64,000 nt of DNA from Candidatus Latescibacterota bacterium (GTDB lineage Bacteria; Latescibacterota; UBA2968; UBA8231). The translations under genes and the position numbers were made by a program. The stretch spans positions 576,001-640,000 of the forward strand of contig CBDCXV010000002.1 in NCBI GenBank assembly GCA_965223905.1, in the 5' to 3' direction. The notes under the pieces were generated by a model. It was not told the DNA's origin, made no database searches, and saw only the letters and a program-made list of their open reading frames with translations. Positions 38,101-47,690 of this stretch are shown here, one piece after another (position 1 is the stretch's first letter; each line of letters opens with the position of its first letter).

Positions 38101-41010
38101 TTTTCGGGCAGCACGACCTCGCAGTCGTTTACGGTCACGGCGACCGAGGACGACGACGAGGACGACGAGACGGTGCTTGTGGGATTCGGGGCTCTGCCGG
38201 AGAGGGTCGAGGCGGGCACGCCGGCGAGCGCGACGGTAACCCTGGTCGACGACACGGACCACCCCGGCACGGTGAGACTGTCGACGTCGTCGCCGGAGGT
38301 GGGTCAGCGGATGACGGCCACCCTGACGGACGTCGACGGCGGCCTGGAGGCGGTGGCCTGGCAGTGGCAGCGGCGGGCCGACGCGGGTTCGGCGTGGGTG
38401 CCTATCGAGCGGTCGCCGCGCTACCCCATTGTGGACCTGTCCCGCTACACGCCGGTGGCCGCCGACCGGGGCAAGCAGCTGCGGGCCACGGTCGGCTACA
38501 CCGACGGGCACGGTCCGGACAAGAGCGCGCAGAGCGCGGCGACGTCGGCGGTGAGGCCGGCCGACACCCCCGGCACGGTGCGCTTGTCGACGGCGTCGCC
38601 GCAGGTGGATCGGGAGCTGACGGCCACCCTGGTGGACGAGGACGGGTACCTGAGGGATATATCGTGGCGGTGGGAGCGCCGGTCCGGGCCCGGGTCGGCG
38701 TGGAGGGACATCGAGCGGCCGGACGACCGCTTTCCCCATGCGGATTTGTCGCGCTACACGCCGTCGTCGTCCGAAGCAGGGCAGCAGCTGCGGGCGACGG
38801 TCTCCTACACGGACGGGCACGGCCCGGGCAAGAGCGCTCAAAGCGGCGAGACCGATCCGGTGCAGAGGCCGGACCGTCAGGGCACGGTGCGCTTGTCGAC
38901 GGCGTCGCCGCAGGTGGGTCGGGAGCTGACGGCCACCCTGGTGGACGTCGACGGCGGTCTGGAGGCGGTGGCCTGGCAGTGGCAGCGGCGGGCGGACGCG
39001 AGTTCGGGGTGGGTGCCTATCGAGCGGTCGGCGCGCAACCCCATTGCGGCCACGTCCCATTACACGCCGGTGACGGCGGATGTGGGGCAGCAGTTGCGGG
39101 CCACGGTCGGCTACACGGACGCCCACGGTCCGGACAAGGCGGCGGCCAGCGGCGAGACCGATCCGGTGCAGAGGCCGGACCGTCAGGGCACGGTGCGCTT
39201 GTCGACGGCGTCGCCGCAGGTGGATCGGGAGCTGACGGCCACCCTGGTGGACGAGGACGGGTACCTGAGGGATATATCGTGGCGGTGGGAGCGCCGGTCC
39301 GGGCCCGGGTCGGCGTGGAGGGACATCGAGCGGCCGGACGACCGCTTTCCCCATGCGGATTTGTCGCGCTACACGCCGTCGTCGTCCGAAGCAGGGCAGC
39401 AGCTGCGGGCGACGGTCTCCTACACGGACGGGCACGGCCCGGGCAAGAGCGCTCAAAGCGGCGAGACCGATCCGGTGCAGAGGCCGGACCGTCAGGGCAC
39501 GGTGCGCTTGTCGACGGCGTCGCCGCAGGTGGGTCGGGAGCTGACGGCCACCCTGGTGGACGTCGACGGCGGTCTGGAGGCGGTGGCCTGGCAGTGGCAG
39601 CGGCGGGCGGACGCGAGTTCGGGGTGGGTGCCTATCGAGCGGTCGGCGCGCAACCCCATTGCGGCCACGTCCCATTACACGCCGGTGACGGCGGACAGGG
39701 GGCAGCAGTTGCGGGCCACGGTCGGCTACACGGACGCCCACGGGCCGGACAAGGCGGCGGCCAGCGGCGAGACCGCCCCGGTGGTCACCGTGCCGTCGGT
39801 GCCGAGGGATTTCACCGCAGAAGCCGGCAACAGGCAGGTGGTGCTGTCGTGGCGGGCGCCGGTCTCCGACGGCGGCCTGTCCCTGACGGGCTACGAGTAC
39901 CGGCGCCGGGCCGGCAGCGGCTCCTGGTCGGGCTGGACCGGGGTGGGCACGAATACGACCCGGACGGTGACCGGGCTGAGCAACGGCACTCGCTACCGCT
40001 TCGAGGTGCGGGCGCGCAACGCGGCCGGGGCGGGTGCGGCGGCCAGCGCCTCGGCGACCCCGGTCCAGCCCAACCGGGCCCCGTATTTCACCAGTGGCCC
40101 CACCAGCGTCTCCTTCGCCGAGAACGGCAGCGGCCCGGTGGGCCGGTACACGGCCAGGGACCCGGACGGCGACGCCATCACCTGGTCGAGGACGGGTACG
40201 GAGGCGAGCGCTTTCCAGCTGGAGGGGACCGGCACGACGCGCACCCTCACCTTCGACACGGCGCCCGACTACGAGGCCGGGAGGTCCTACCAGGTGACCG
40301 TCGAGGTCAGCGACGGGTCGCTGCAGGCGGAGCGAACGGTGAGGGTGACGGTGACCGACGAGCCCGAGCCGCCGGAGCCGCCCTCCGGGGTGAGGGTGAG
40401 CGCGCCGGACAACATGGGCCATGAGCGCCTGGAGGTGAGCTGGACGGCCCCGGACAACCGCGGCCGGCCGGCGCTCAGCGGCAACGACGTGCACTACTGC
40501 AAGACCAACGAGGTCTTCTTTTGCGACAGCTACAACATCTGGTCCTCGCTGACGGTCGGCGGCTCGGCCACCGGCACCCTGCTGACCGGACTGTCCTCCC
40601 ACACCGGATACACGGTGCGGGTGCGGGCCCGCAACGCCGAAGGCACCAGCGGCTGGTCGGCGCGGGCCACCGGCCGCACCCGCTCGGCCGCGGCCAAGGC
40701 CCTGGCCGGGCAGCTGGCAAGGACCGGGATGAAAGGACTGGCCGCCCTGGCCGCGCCCAACCCCTTCAATTCCAGTACGACCCTCTATTTCCAGCTGACC
40801 GAAACCGGGGAGGCCTCCCTGGTCATCTACAGCCTCGCCGGGCAGGTGGTGAAGACCCTGATACCCAACCGCACCCTGAAAGCCGGGATACACCAGGTGG
40901 ACTGGGAGGGCCGCGACGAGCAGGGCCGCCCCGTGGCCGCCGGCGTCTACCTCTACCGACTCGCCGCAGGGGACAAGGCCCTGGTGCGAAAAATGACCCT
41001 GCTGCGATAA
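35155..41010 (+). CDS. Fn3/cadherin-like/Ig/Calx-beta repeat stalk with C-terminal FlgD-Ig; 3' part of the split gene
   Basis: No signal peptide or credible start of its own; Fn3 begins right after the C9 tract; ends APNPFN...WEGRDEQGRPVAAGVY..KMTLLR. Confidence 0.85.
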   Translation, partial: PPPWPTGLTVQPGNNAATLSWTKSVDPSITHWEYQTKQGLADWGEWLRIDPSDWSTTSYTAENLLRGVTYQFKVQAVNLSGTAASEAVEVTLPAGPPDPPELTVIPGHEMVTLSWTPGSDNGSAIERHELRYSADGGNTWNPDWTAEPPREQIIRNLLNETAYTFQMRAKNAVGYSTVAEVTVTPQHPILGPTALSSAENSEDRLATYRFSAPSDLDLSEVLYGLGLSDIDDSGVFELDNQGGLSFQDAPDFEAPATADRGNLYAVWLRAAPSSEGGGEGVRVEPPPTFLKRVEVTVTNVDEPGRVELSSTEPKVGDRLTAELTDPDKGVEDVDWRWQALPPGTRSTHPPGPGASTASSLLVTSEHIGLTLSAQVTYVDGESEDANDRKSAQSAATAPVVDVPSAPRNLEAAAGNARVDLRWDPPLTDNGSALTGYVVRHSADGGANWMSETLAVTRHTVRDLTNGTEYSFEVRAVNGAGEGASASDTATPARPDTPGRVEWSTTQPRVGQELTPTLIDPDNPALAEARWRWRRQRWSRSDDGDSLAAPVPGSRSGESKIGVIARTRQYTPQVSDLHQWLWVEVTYTDDYTDDSGRHRVSATTSRAVGPGPPCAPANLKAAPGDGQVTLTWEAGCVNGQTIDRYQYRRLEARKWVRVPGDGSARRQQVEGLTNGEAHTFEVRARNGQGWGPAAQATATPAAAESPPPPPPPPPLTVTYGASSYSAQEGGEAATVTVRLSPSASEALSIPITVNPPSGDFTVAGLTDGALSFAPEADEATFTITADQDDDTVDETVLLGFGDLPEEVSAGTPASATVTLFDDDVVTPVVSLSTTTPQVGQRMTATLVDVDGSVADTSWQWQRRADAGSGWVPIERSARYPIAATSRYTPVAADAGKQLRATVSYTDAHGPGSAQSAATDAVTWPPLTVTYGDSTYSASEGGAAATLTVRLSAEAEQLVKIPITRDPASGDYTVTWPGVEDTLSFSGSTTSQSFTVTATEDDDEDDETVLVGFGALPERVEAGTPASATVTLVDDTDHPGTVRLSTSSPEVGQRMTATLTDVDGGLEAVAWQWQRRADAGSAWVPIERSPRYPIVDLSRYTPVAADRGKQLRATVGYTDGHGPDKSAQSAATSAVRPADTPGTVRLSTASPQVDRELTATLVDEDGYLRDISWRWERRSGPGSAWRDIERPDDRFPHADLSRYTPSSSEAGQQLRATVSYTDGHGPGKSAQSGETDPVQRPDRQGTVRLSTASPQVGRELTATLVDVDGGLEAVAWQWQRRADASSGWVPIERSARNPIAATSHYTPVTADVGQQLRATVGYTDAHGPDKAAASGETDPVQRPDRQGTVRLSTASPQVDRELTATLVDEDGYLRDISWRWERRSGPGSAWRDIERPDDRFPHADLSRYTPSSSEAGQQLRATVSYTDGHGPGKSAQSGETDPVQRPDRQGTVRLSTASPQVGRELTATLVDVDGGLEAVAWQWQRRADASSGWVPIERSARNPIAATSHYTPVTADRGQQLRATVGYTDAHGPDKAAASGETAPVVTVPSVPRDFTAEAGNRQVVLSWRAPVSDGGLSLTGYEYRRRAGSGSWSGWTGVGTNTTRTVTGLSNGTRYRFEVRARNAAGAGAAASASATPVQPNRAPYFTSGPTSVSFAENGSGPVGRYTARDPDGDAITWSRTGTEASAFQLEGTGTTRTLTFDTAPDYEAGRSYQVTVEVSDGSLQAERTVRVTVTDEPEPPEPPSGVRVSAPDNMGHERLEVSWTAPDNRGRPALSGNDVHYCKTNEVFFCDSYNIWSSLTVGGSATGTLLTGLSSHTGYTVRVRARNAEGTSGWSARATGRTRSAAAKALAGQLARTGMKGLAALAAPNPFNSSTTLYFQLTETGEASLVIYSLAGQVVKTLIPNRTLKAGIHQVDWEGRDEQGRPVAAGVYLYRLAAGDKALVRKMTLLR
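38572..39775 (+). repeat. Intragenic tandem duplication with 615-bp period (two Ig-like modules per unit)
   Basis: 38572-39160 is nearly identical to 39187-39775. Confidence 0.95.
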
Positions 41011-41499
41011 AGAGGGGCGGTATTTCCTGGTTTTACTTACATGCTTTTTGTGCCGGGCGGCCCGGGCTCGCGGTATGGCCCAATCGGAAATCACCAAGTT
41101 GCCGGGCACCTGCGGGGGGTGCTGAAGACCCCAGGCCGAGTTGACGATGAGAGGCGACCGCCAGTGGCATGCGCCTGGCCCGGTTGATGCTCGAACCGCT
41201 GTACGCGGAGTACCTCCCATTCACCCGAGGAAGGCAAGCGGAGGAGGAACTGGGCGGTCACTGCAAAACAGTTGAGAAGATTGTTCGTGCGTTGCCCGAC
41301 GGGTGCGGCCCTGGACCATCGCTCGTCTTTGCGCCTGCGTCAGAGGAGGACCGGCATGAATCGCAAGCTCTCGCACGAAGGCTGTTGTCAGCCTGTTGAG
41401 TCGCCTGAAGATTGCCGAAGACACCTTGCCCGAGGCCGTTGAGGGCAATCAAGGAGTTGGCCGAAAAAACCGGAGACATCATGAGCAGTCGAGGACATG

Positions 41500-41803
41500 C
41501 TTCTGCCTGGACCTGGTGGCGGCGCTGGTCTCGGGATGGCGGACCACCGCGGAAATCTCGCGGGAGGCGAGGGAAGAGGGGGTGTCGCAGCTGTTCCTGG
41601 CCATCGATCTGGTGCGGGTCGGCGACCCGGAACGCGTGCAGCAGGCCGTGGAGGAATCCCTGGCCGACCTGGCCTCGGCGGCTTCCCTGCCCGGAGAGCG
41701 CGTCGTCTACCCAGGGCAGCGCAGCGCCGAGCGGCGGCGCGAAGCCCTGAGCCGGGGAGTGCCCGTGGAGCGCCGCTTCTGGGAAGAGGTGCTGGCCCTG
41801 TAG
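41500..41803 (+). pseudogene. C-terminal fragment of an Ldh_2 family (YiaK/DlgD-like) oxidoreductase
   Basis: LDLVAALVSG..TTAEI...GVSQLFLAID...VVYPGQ...GVPV...WEEVLAL. Confidence 0.65.
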
Positions 41804-41845
41804 AGCTACAGGGCGGCCATCAGCTGCAGCTGGTTCAGCACTCCT

Positions 41846-42328
41846 CTACAGATCGTGAATGGTTGCTTCGAGTGTCTCCAGATCCACGGTTGAAACCGTC
41901 GATCTTCCTGTAGTCCAACCCCCTGTTTCCCCCGGATTCAGCAGGAGAGATGTACCCTTGCGGATGTCGATGTCGTGGGTGTGTCCATACACGACGATGT
42001 CGTATCCCCCGCTTTCCGCTATCGGGATGGCGAGCTCCGGGTAATGCATGACGGCGATGTTCCTGTCGCCGACGGATACACTGGCCAAGTTGGGATGGAT
42101 CTCCCCGACGGCTTCGAACCGCTTCGACAGCCCGACTCGTTCGCCGTCGTTGTTCCCGAAAACGCCCACGACCCGGCAGTTCAGATTCGCCAACGGGTCG
42201 ATGGCGAAGGGGGCGATGAAATCGCCGGCATGGACCACCAGATCCACCCCGGTTTCGTTGAAGAGCGCGACAGCCCGTTCGATATTCGGGACGTTGTCGT
42301 GGCTGTCGGACATGACGCCGAGTTTCAT
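41846..42328 (-). CDS. YfcE/MJ0936-family metallophosphoesterase
   Basis: DSHDN, HAGD, GNND, H, GHTH, NPG. Confidence 0.92.
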   Translation of the reverse strand: MKLGVMSDSHDNVPNIERAVALFNETGVDLVVHAGDFIAPFAIDPLANLNCRVVGVFGNNDGERVGLSKRFEAVGEIHPNLASVSVGDRNIAVMHYPELAIPIAESGGYDIVVYGHTHDIDIRKGTSLLLNPGETGGWTTGRSTVSTVDLETLEATIHDL

Positions 42329-42737
42329 TTCGAATCCTCCCAATCAAGGAAAATTGCAGCCGGACCGGTTCGTACTGAAGAGGCGCAATCCCGTCCTTCG
42401 AAGCAATCGAATGGAGATGCGGGGAAGGCGTGAGCCGCACCTGCCATGGGATGAGCACCTCGCAGTCGGCTACCAGGGCTGGGTGATCTTCCGGGGTTCC
42501 GGGCAATGGTTGTTGCATGAAGGAAAAATATCCAATGCTATCCGATCTGGAAGTCGGGCAGTTCAGGACGTTCGGGTTCATCTTTGAGCGAGAACCAGCC
42601 CTTCGTGTATAGCAGGGAGATGATGAGAAAGGGGGATGCCGGCCGGGAGAAGATGGCGTCAAAGGCTTGAGGAGCTGGGTGTGGAGCGGGTGAGAGAGTT
42701 GTAAGTCCCGAGGCTGAAAGGAGCGAAGGAAGCCCCG

Positions 42738-43780
42738 ATGAGCTGCTTCCGGTTGGAAGAGCGGAACACGAACGTGCGGACCGAGGTGCTGGCCGGATGC
42801 ACCACGTTCCTGACCATGGTGTACATCATCTTCGTGAACCCGCTGGTGTTGGCGGGCACGGGGATGGACACCGGGGCGGTGCTGGTAGCGACCTGTCTCG
42901 CCGCGGCCTTCGGCTGCGCGGTCATGGGCCTTTATGCCAACTACCCGATCGCGCTGGCCCCGGGGATGGGGCTGAACGCCTACTTCGCCGCGGTCGCGGT
43001 GGGCACGCTGGGCCTGTCCTGGCAGGCCGCGCTCGGAGCGGTGTTCTGTTCCGGGGTCCTGATGCTCATCCTGTCGGTGCTGCCGGTGCGCGAGTGGGTC
43101 GTCAACAGCATACCGCGCTCGCAGAAGATGGCCATCGCCGCGGGGATCGGGTTCTTCCTCGTCATCATCGGGCTCCGCAACGCCGGGGTGGTGGTTGCCA
43201 ACGAAGCCACGCTGGTCGGCCTGGGCAACCTGGCTCAGTGGACGGTGGCGCTGGCTGCCCTCGGATTCATGGGCATCGTCGCGCTCGAGCACCGGAAGAT
43301 TCCCGGCGCGGTCGTGATCTGCATTCTGGCGGCAGCGGCGGCGGGTTGGCTCGGGGGGCTGTCGCCGGCGCCCGAATCCGTCGCCTCGGCACCCCCTTCG
43401 CTGGCCCCGTCAGCGCTGCAGCTGGACATCGCCGGGGCGTTGGAGGTGGGCCTGCTCGCCATCGTGTTCGCCTTCCTGATGGTGGACCTTTTCGACACCA
43501 GCGGCACCCTGGTCGCCGTGCTCAACGAGGCCGGACTGACCGACGACTCGGGGCGGGTTCCCGGGCTGCGCCGGGCCCTCGTGGCGGACAGCTCCGCCAC
43601 CATGGTGGGTGCTTTGCTCGGTACCTCGACCACGACGTCCTATATCGAGAGCGCCGCGGGGGTGCGGGCGGGAGGCCGGACCGGGCTCACCGCCCTGGTC
43701 GTGGCCGGGCTTTTCATTGTTGCGCTCCTGTTCGCGCCGGTCGCGACCGCGATTCCGGGATACGCTACCGCACCGGCTGA
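42738..43780 (+). pseudogene. NCS2/AzgA purine permease, truncated after YATAPA (ORF reads on to 44066)
   Basis: TTFLTMVYI..VNP, APGMGLNAYF, DLFDTSGTL, YIESAAG...GRTGLT; last TM helices missing. Confidence 0.8.
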
Positions 43781-43785
43781 AGCTC

Positions 43786-43822
43786 GGCCTCGGCGGAGCG
43801 GATGGCCGCTGCCGCCGAGGCC
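43786..43822. terminator. GC-rich hairpin between convergent genes
   Basis: GGCCTCGGCGG-AGCGG atgg CCGCT-g-CCGCCGAGGCC. Confidence 0.5.
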
Positions 43823-43942
43823 AGGTAGAAGCCGCAGAAGGAGGGGATTCGCGCATCTCCAGGTGGCTGCCAGTACTCAATGCCATCCGCCATTCTCTGC
43901 CCATGAATTCCTGCTGCACCTGCATCCCCTTCCCTTCCAACC

Positions 43943-46054
43943 TCACTCGTCACGGAGGCATCCGTTTATTTTGTGGTTCGGATCGTCGGGCAAAGCGGCG
44001 TGGTCGAGGTTCGCTGCGGCACCACTGGAAAGCCCGGTGATGGTTCCCTGGTTCCGGTATACCTGATTTGGTCTGACCGATATTCCGGTTCTATCCCGAT
44101 CACGGCGGGAAACACAGTACGCAAAGACCAGCCTCTCCGTGCCCGATCCGGATGTATAGTCGGCTATTTCCCACAATGCATTCGAGTCGATTTCAAATGA
44201 AAGAAATGGCTCGCCCGTTACCGCCACGGGCATGTCGAAGACCACCTCTATCTTTATGATCTCACCGCGGCCATAGGTGGTACCTCTTTGGGGAGTGGAG
44301 ATTATCCGGAGTCTCTCTATCACTGGATCCGGCTCCTCCAGGACCACTTCTGCGCTGGCGGGCGTTGCCTGAGTCACATTCGCCGGGAGATCACCAAAGT
44401 TCAACTGGATCTCTTCGGCACCTTCATCCTGGTCGCTGTCCTCCATGGCCATCAAGGTGAAGGTCTGCATGCTGTCATCCGGTGCGAAGGTGATACTCGA
44501 CGGTACGCCTGAATAGTCTTCGGGACCGGCACCATCTTCCTCTTCCACAGTTATGGGAACCGTGATCGGCAAAGCCCCTGCCCGGGGATCCAGATACACC
44601 GCAATCTCAACCCCGGAGGAATCCCCCTCCATGGTGGTGTACTGCGATGCCCCGAAGGAAACGGTGCGTTCAACCCGTTCGGCTCGTACCGTGGATGACC
44701 AGGCTCCGCTGCCTTCGCTGTTGTTGGCCCGCACCTGAATTTCGTAGGAATCTTCCGTAAGGTCCTCCATGGTGACCGTCGTCTCTGTCAGATCGGTGTC
44801 TGTCACTTCGGTCCAGGACGCTGCTCCCCCCGCCCGGTAGCGGTAGTCGTAATCGGCGACCTCGAAGCCTGCCGGAAATTCCACCAGGCTCCCGTTTTCG
44901 CTGAAGCCGTCAGGAGCGGTCCAGGTCACGTCGATCCTGGTGTCGTCGGTGTCCTGAAATCCAGCTTCAATATCTTCCGGGGGCAACGGAACTCCTACGT
45001 CCTTTACCCGAATGGTCAGGTCGAGCACCGAGCCGCTGCAGCCTGTCGGCGTTCCTTCACCTCCTAGACCATGGATGTTGTGCGTGTTTACGACGCGCAC
45101 CTGGTACTCGTTGTCCTCGTTGCCGTCGCCGGGAGTTTCATAGTCGGGCGCTGTCTTGAACGAAAGCGAAACCGTTCCCGATGTAGCCCGCTCTTCCGAG
45201 TCCAGGGAAAACAGGGCATTGTCGAAACCACCGGCCGGAAGGGTGTATGGATCGTAGACGGTAACGATCTCACACCGGATGGAGGGAGGCGACCAAGCGA
45301 ACCCCCACTCCCGGCGCGCTGCCGTAACCGCCGTCCAGGTGGGCAAATCCTCGCCCGCCGGCATCGTTGCCCCTTCGTACATCTCTATGGGAGGAGGGAT
45401 CTCCCAGCGTTGGTCTTTCTTGTATTCCGCCGGTGCCGAGAACTGGGCCGAGCCGTCGTAAACCAGGTGTACGCTGAAGACCTCGGGATCGCTTTCAGCG
45501 GTTCCATCGCTTGCGTAGATTGCCGACAGCAAGGTTGGGATGGTGGCGACCTCCCCGTAAACCGAGGTGAACCGGGCGGGGGTTATGTCTCCGTCTGGCT
45601 GGAATACAAAGCTGTTGCCTTCCCGGGTGATCCTGAACAGGGCTTCCGCAGGGGTTTGAATTCCCGAAAGACCGGGAACCGCGAACCCGAACCGGTAGGA
45701 GATGTCGTCTCCGTCCGGGTCCGTCGCCGGTTCTCCCGAAAACTCCAGCTGATCCCCTGGACCCCTCGGGAGCAGAAGGGTCAGGCCATGCCCTTCCAGG
45801 GAACTGTTGAAGGTCGGGGGATGGTTGGACCCGTGGGCCCTTGGTTCTGCGGCGGAACCAGTGTCGGTACCGGAGGACGCCGTATTTAAAGCGGAGGAGG
45901 CTAAAAAACGCGCGGAGTCCGAAGCCGTTGCCACTGCCTTGCCGGCAGGAAGCATTGGATCCGATTGCGTCGGTTGGGTCGGCATTGAGTCCTTGCCGCA
46001 GGCGACTGCAAGAAACGCAAACATCAGGCATGGAAGTGCGAATGGTCCTTTCAT
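43943..46054 (-). CDS. Surface lipoprotein with cadherin-like, Fn3, Calx-beta and Ig-like domains
   Basis: Lipobox LAVAC; APDYETP.D...DNEY; YEIQVRANNSEGSGAWS; YTSGSGT..L.F.Y. Confidence 0.85.
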   Translation of the reverse strand: MKGPFALPCLMFAFLAVACGKDSMPTQPTQSDPMLPAGKAVATASDSARFLASSALNTASSGTDTGSAAEPRAHGSNHPPTFNSSLEGHGLTLLLPRGPGDQLEFSGEPATDPDGDDISYRFGFAVPGLSGIQTPAEALFRITREGNSFVFQPDGDITPARFTSVYGEVATIPTLLSAIYASDGTAESDPEVFSVHLVYDGSAQFSAPAEYKKDQRWEIPPPIEMYEGATMPAGEDLPTWTAVTAARREWGFAWSPPSIRCEIVTVYDPYTLPAGGFDNALFSLDSEERATSGTVSLSFKTAPDYETPGDGNEDNEYQVRVVNTHNIHGLGGEGTPTGCSGSVLDLTIRVKDVGVPLPPEDIEAGFQDTDDTRIDVTWTAPDGFSENGSLVEFPAGFEVADYDYRYRAGGAASWTEVTDTDLTETTVTMEDLTEDSYEIQVRANNSEGSGAWSSTVRAERVERTVSFGASQYTTMEGDSSGVEIAVYLDPRAGALPITVPITVEEEDGAGPEDYSGVPSSITFAPDDSMQTFTLMAMEDSDQDEGAEEIQLNFGDLPANVTQATPASAEVVLEEPDPVIERLRIISTPQRGTTYGRGEIIKIEVVFDMPVAVTGEPFLSFEIDSNALWEIADYTSGSGTERLVFAYCVSRRDRDRTGISVRPNQVYRNQGTITGLSSGAAANLDHAALPDDPNHKINGCLRDE

Positions 46055-46464
46055 ATTGTAGCTCCGTGGTTGCGAGGTCGGAATAAGCCAGGGAACTACA
46101 TACCGCGGGGGAGCCCGGGCCCGAGAGGAAACCGTGCCGGAGAGACCTGACATCCCCCTGTAAAATGACGCGGTCCTTGCGGGCGACCGGGCCGATCGGG
46201 AACCAGTCGCGGTCCAGGATTGTCTTGAGCTCGCCGGCAGCACATCCGTTGTCCGGGCGTCCTTCGCGTAGCGATCAGCCATTTGACAACCTCCCTTTCG
46301 GACCTGCTGCCGTTGCCGAGTCCACTCATCTCTCAAACGAATGAAGGGAGGCTATTGTTCCCGTGCGGATGATGTGTTGAGTTTACCCCGGCCGTCGGCC
46401 AGGATTGGGATGGAGCCCAGTGGCTGTCGACGGTCGAAATGAACAGACAGAAAGGAGCCGTTCT

Positions 46465-47658
46465 ATGTATTTCCTTCCTCTTTTTCTTATGGGATTGATT
46501 CTGGGTTCTTGCGCAAAGGATCCCCTTTCCGAACGCGTGGAAAAACTTGAGGAGCGGATCGACGAGCTCGAAGCCGAACAGGAGGAGGAGCGATCGACCC
46601 TGCTCGGCCGGTTGGATCAGGTCGCGGTGACTGCCGACAATTCCGATGAAGTGAATGAAATCAGGGCCAAGCTGGCACAGACGGATATTTCACGCGCAGA
46701 ATTCGACAGACTGCGAGACCGGGTCCTGTCCCTGGAGCGCCGGATCGGAGACTGGAGCCAGGTGGTCAATGCCATGCAGCGCTCGGTTTACGCCGTGATC
46801 CACGCCGTGTTCGTTTCAGAGGATGACATAATTTTCACCTTTGTCGGAACCGGCTTCGCCGTAACCAGGGAAACTATAGTTACCAACGGCCATATCATCG
46901 ACGCACTTGTCCAACTGGACGATCAATTTCAGGACTTCAATCAGAGATTCGGGACGGACCTTCCGGCCTATTGGATGGTAGTGCAGAATCTGACCCCTGC
47001 TCTCGTGTACAGGTGGAACTATTTCTTTATCGACGAGTTCGGTACTCACCCGCAGTGGAATGCCGCCGATCTCAGCTCCCCCGATGTAGGTAGGATGCAG
47101 GTTCTCGAGGGGTCAATGCCGCGCACGATTCCTTTGGTTACGGTCTCCGAGGCTCTGAGGTTGAGGGTAGGTACACGCGTGGCGACACTCGGTTTTCCCG
47201 GCGAGCTTCAGGGAGGCGACCTCGATCACCTGTATCCCATCGCGACGTTCAAGGACGGCACGGTCAGCGCCGTGCGTCCTCCCTTTCAGGGGGAACGCTA
47301 CAGCCCGCGGGATACGTATGTCGTTCAGCACAACCTCGATCTGTCGGGTGGAACCAGCGGCAGTCCCATCTTCGACGCATCGGGAAAAGTTCTGGCGATC
47401 AACAACGCCGGCATCGCCAACGTGGTCCTCACGTTGGGGGGAGCACCTGCCCGCATTTCACAGGCTGCCCTGGGGTTCGGTATTCGCGCCGACAAGATCC
47501 ACGAGCTGCTCAACGAAGCGGGGATCGCAGCCAAGCCGGTGGCAACTATTGACAGTCCCGGCATTTCCGCGGTGCTGGATGGAAGGGAGATGAGCGCTTT
47601 CGAGATAGGTACCGTGGAGGACGATCTTACGGAACGCCTCATTCAGGCGGCATTTTGA
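46465..47658 (+). CDS. Lipoprotein: coiled coil plus trypsin-like (S1) serine protease
   Basis: RBS AAGGAG; lipobox LGSC; GTGF, TNGH, D, GFP, GGTSGSP. Confidence 0.88.
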   Translation: MYFLPLFLMGLILGSCAKDPLSERVEKLEERIDELEAEQEEERSTLLGRLDQVAVTADNSDEVNEIRAKLAQTDISRAEFDRLRDRVLSLERRIGDWSQVVNAMQRSVYAVIHAVFVSEDDIIFTFVGTGFAVTRETIVTNGHIIDALVQLDDQFQDFNQRFGTDLPAYWMVVQNLTPALVYRWNYFFIDEFGTHPQWNAADLSSPDVGRMQVLEGSMPRTIPLVTVSEALRLRVGTRVATLGFPGELQGGDLDHLYPIATFKDGTVSAVRPPFQGERYSPRDTYVVQHNLDLSGGTSGSPIFDASGKVLAINNAGIANVVLTLGGAPARISQAALGFGIRADKIHELLNEAGIAAKPVATIDSPGISAVLDGREMSAFEIGTVEDDLTERLIQAAF

Positions 47659-47690
47659 CGCAAGCGCTCCGTCACCGCGCAGGGGGTCGG

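Noticed and set aside
19300-41100. Integron cassette array or prophage
   Set aside because: No integrase, attC-like sites or phage structural genes seen
36022-41220. 1732-aa minus-strand ORF and other long overlapping ORFs (e.g. 58559-61360, 9154-11022, 7925-9601)
   Set aside because: Shadow frames of GC-rich genes; Arg/Pro/Gly-rich with no recognisable motifs
41378-41400. IS-end-like scar AGGCTGTTGTCAGCCTGTTG
   Set aside because: Too short; no partner end or target duplication found
47335-47370. Asp six residues before the catalytic Ser as proof of Lys/Arg specificity of the S1 protease
   Set aside because: Bacterial Glu-specific S1 proteases also have Asp there, so it is not diagnostic
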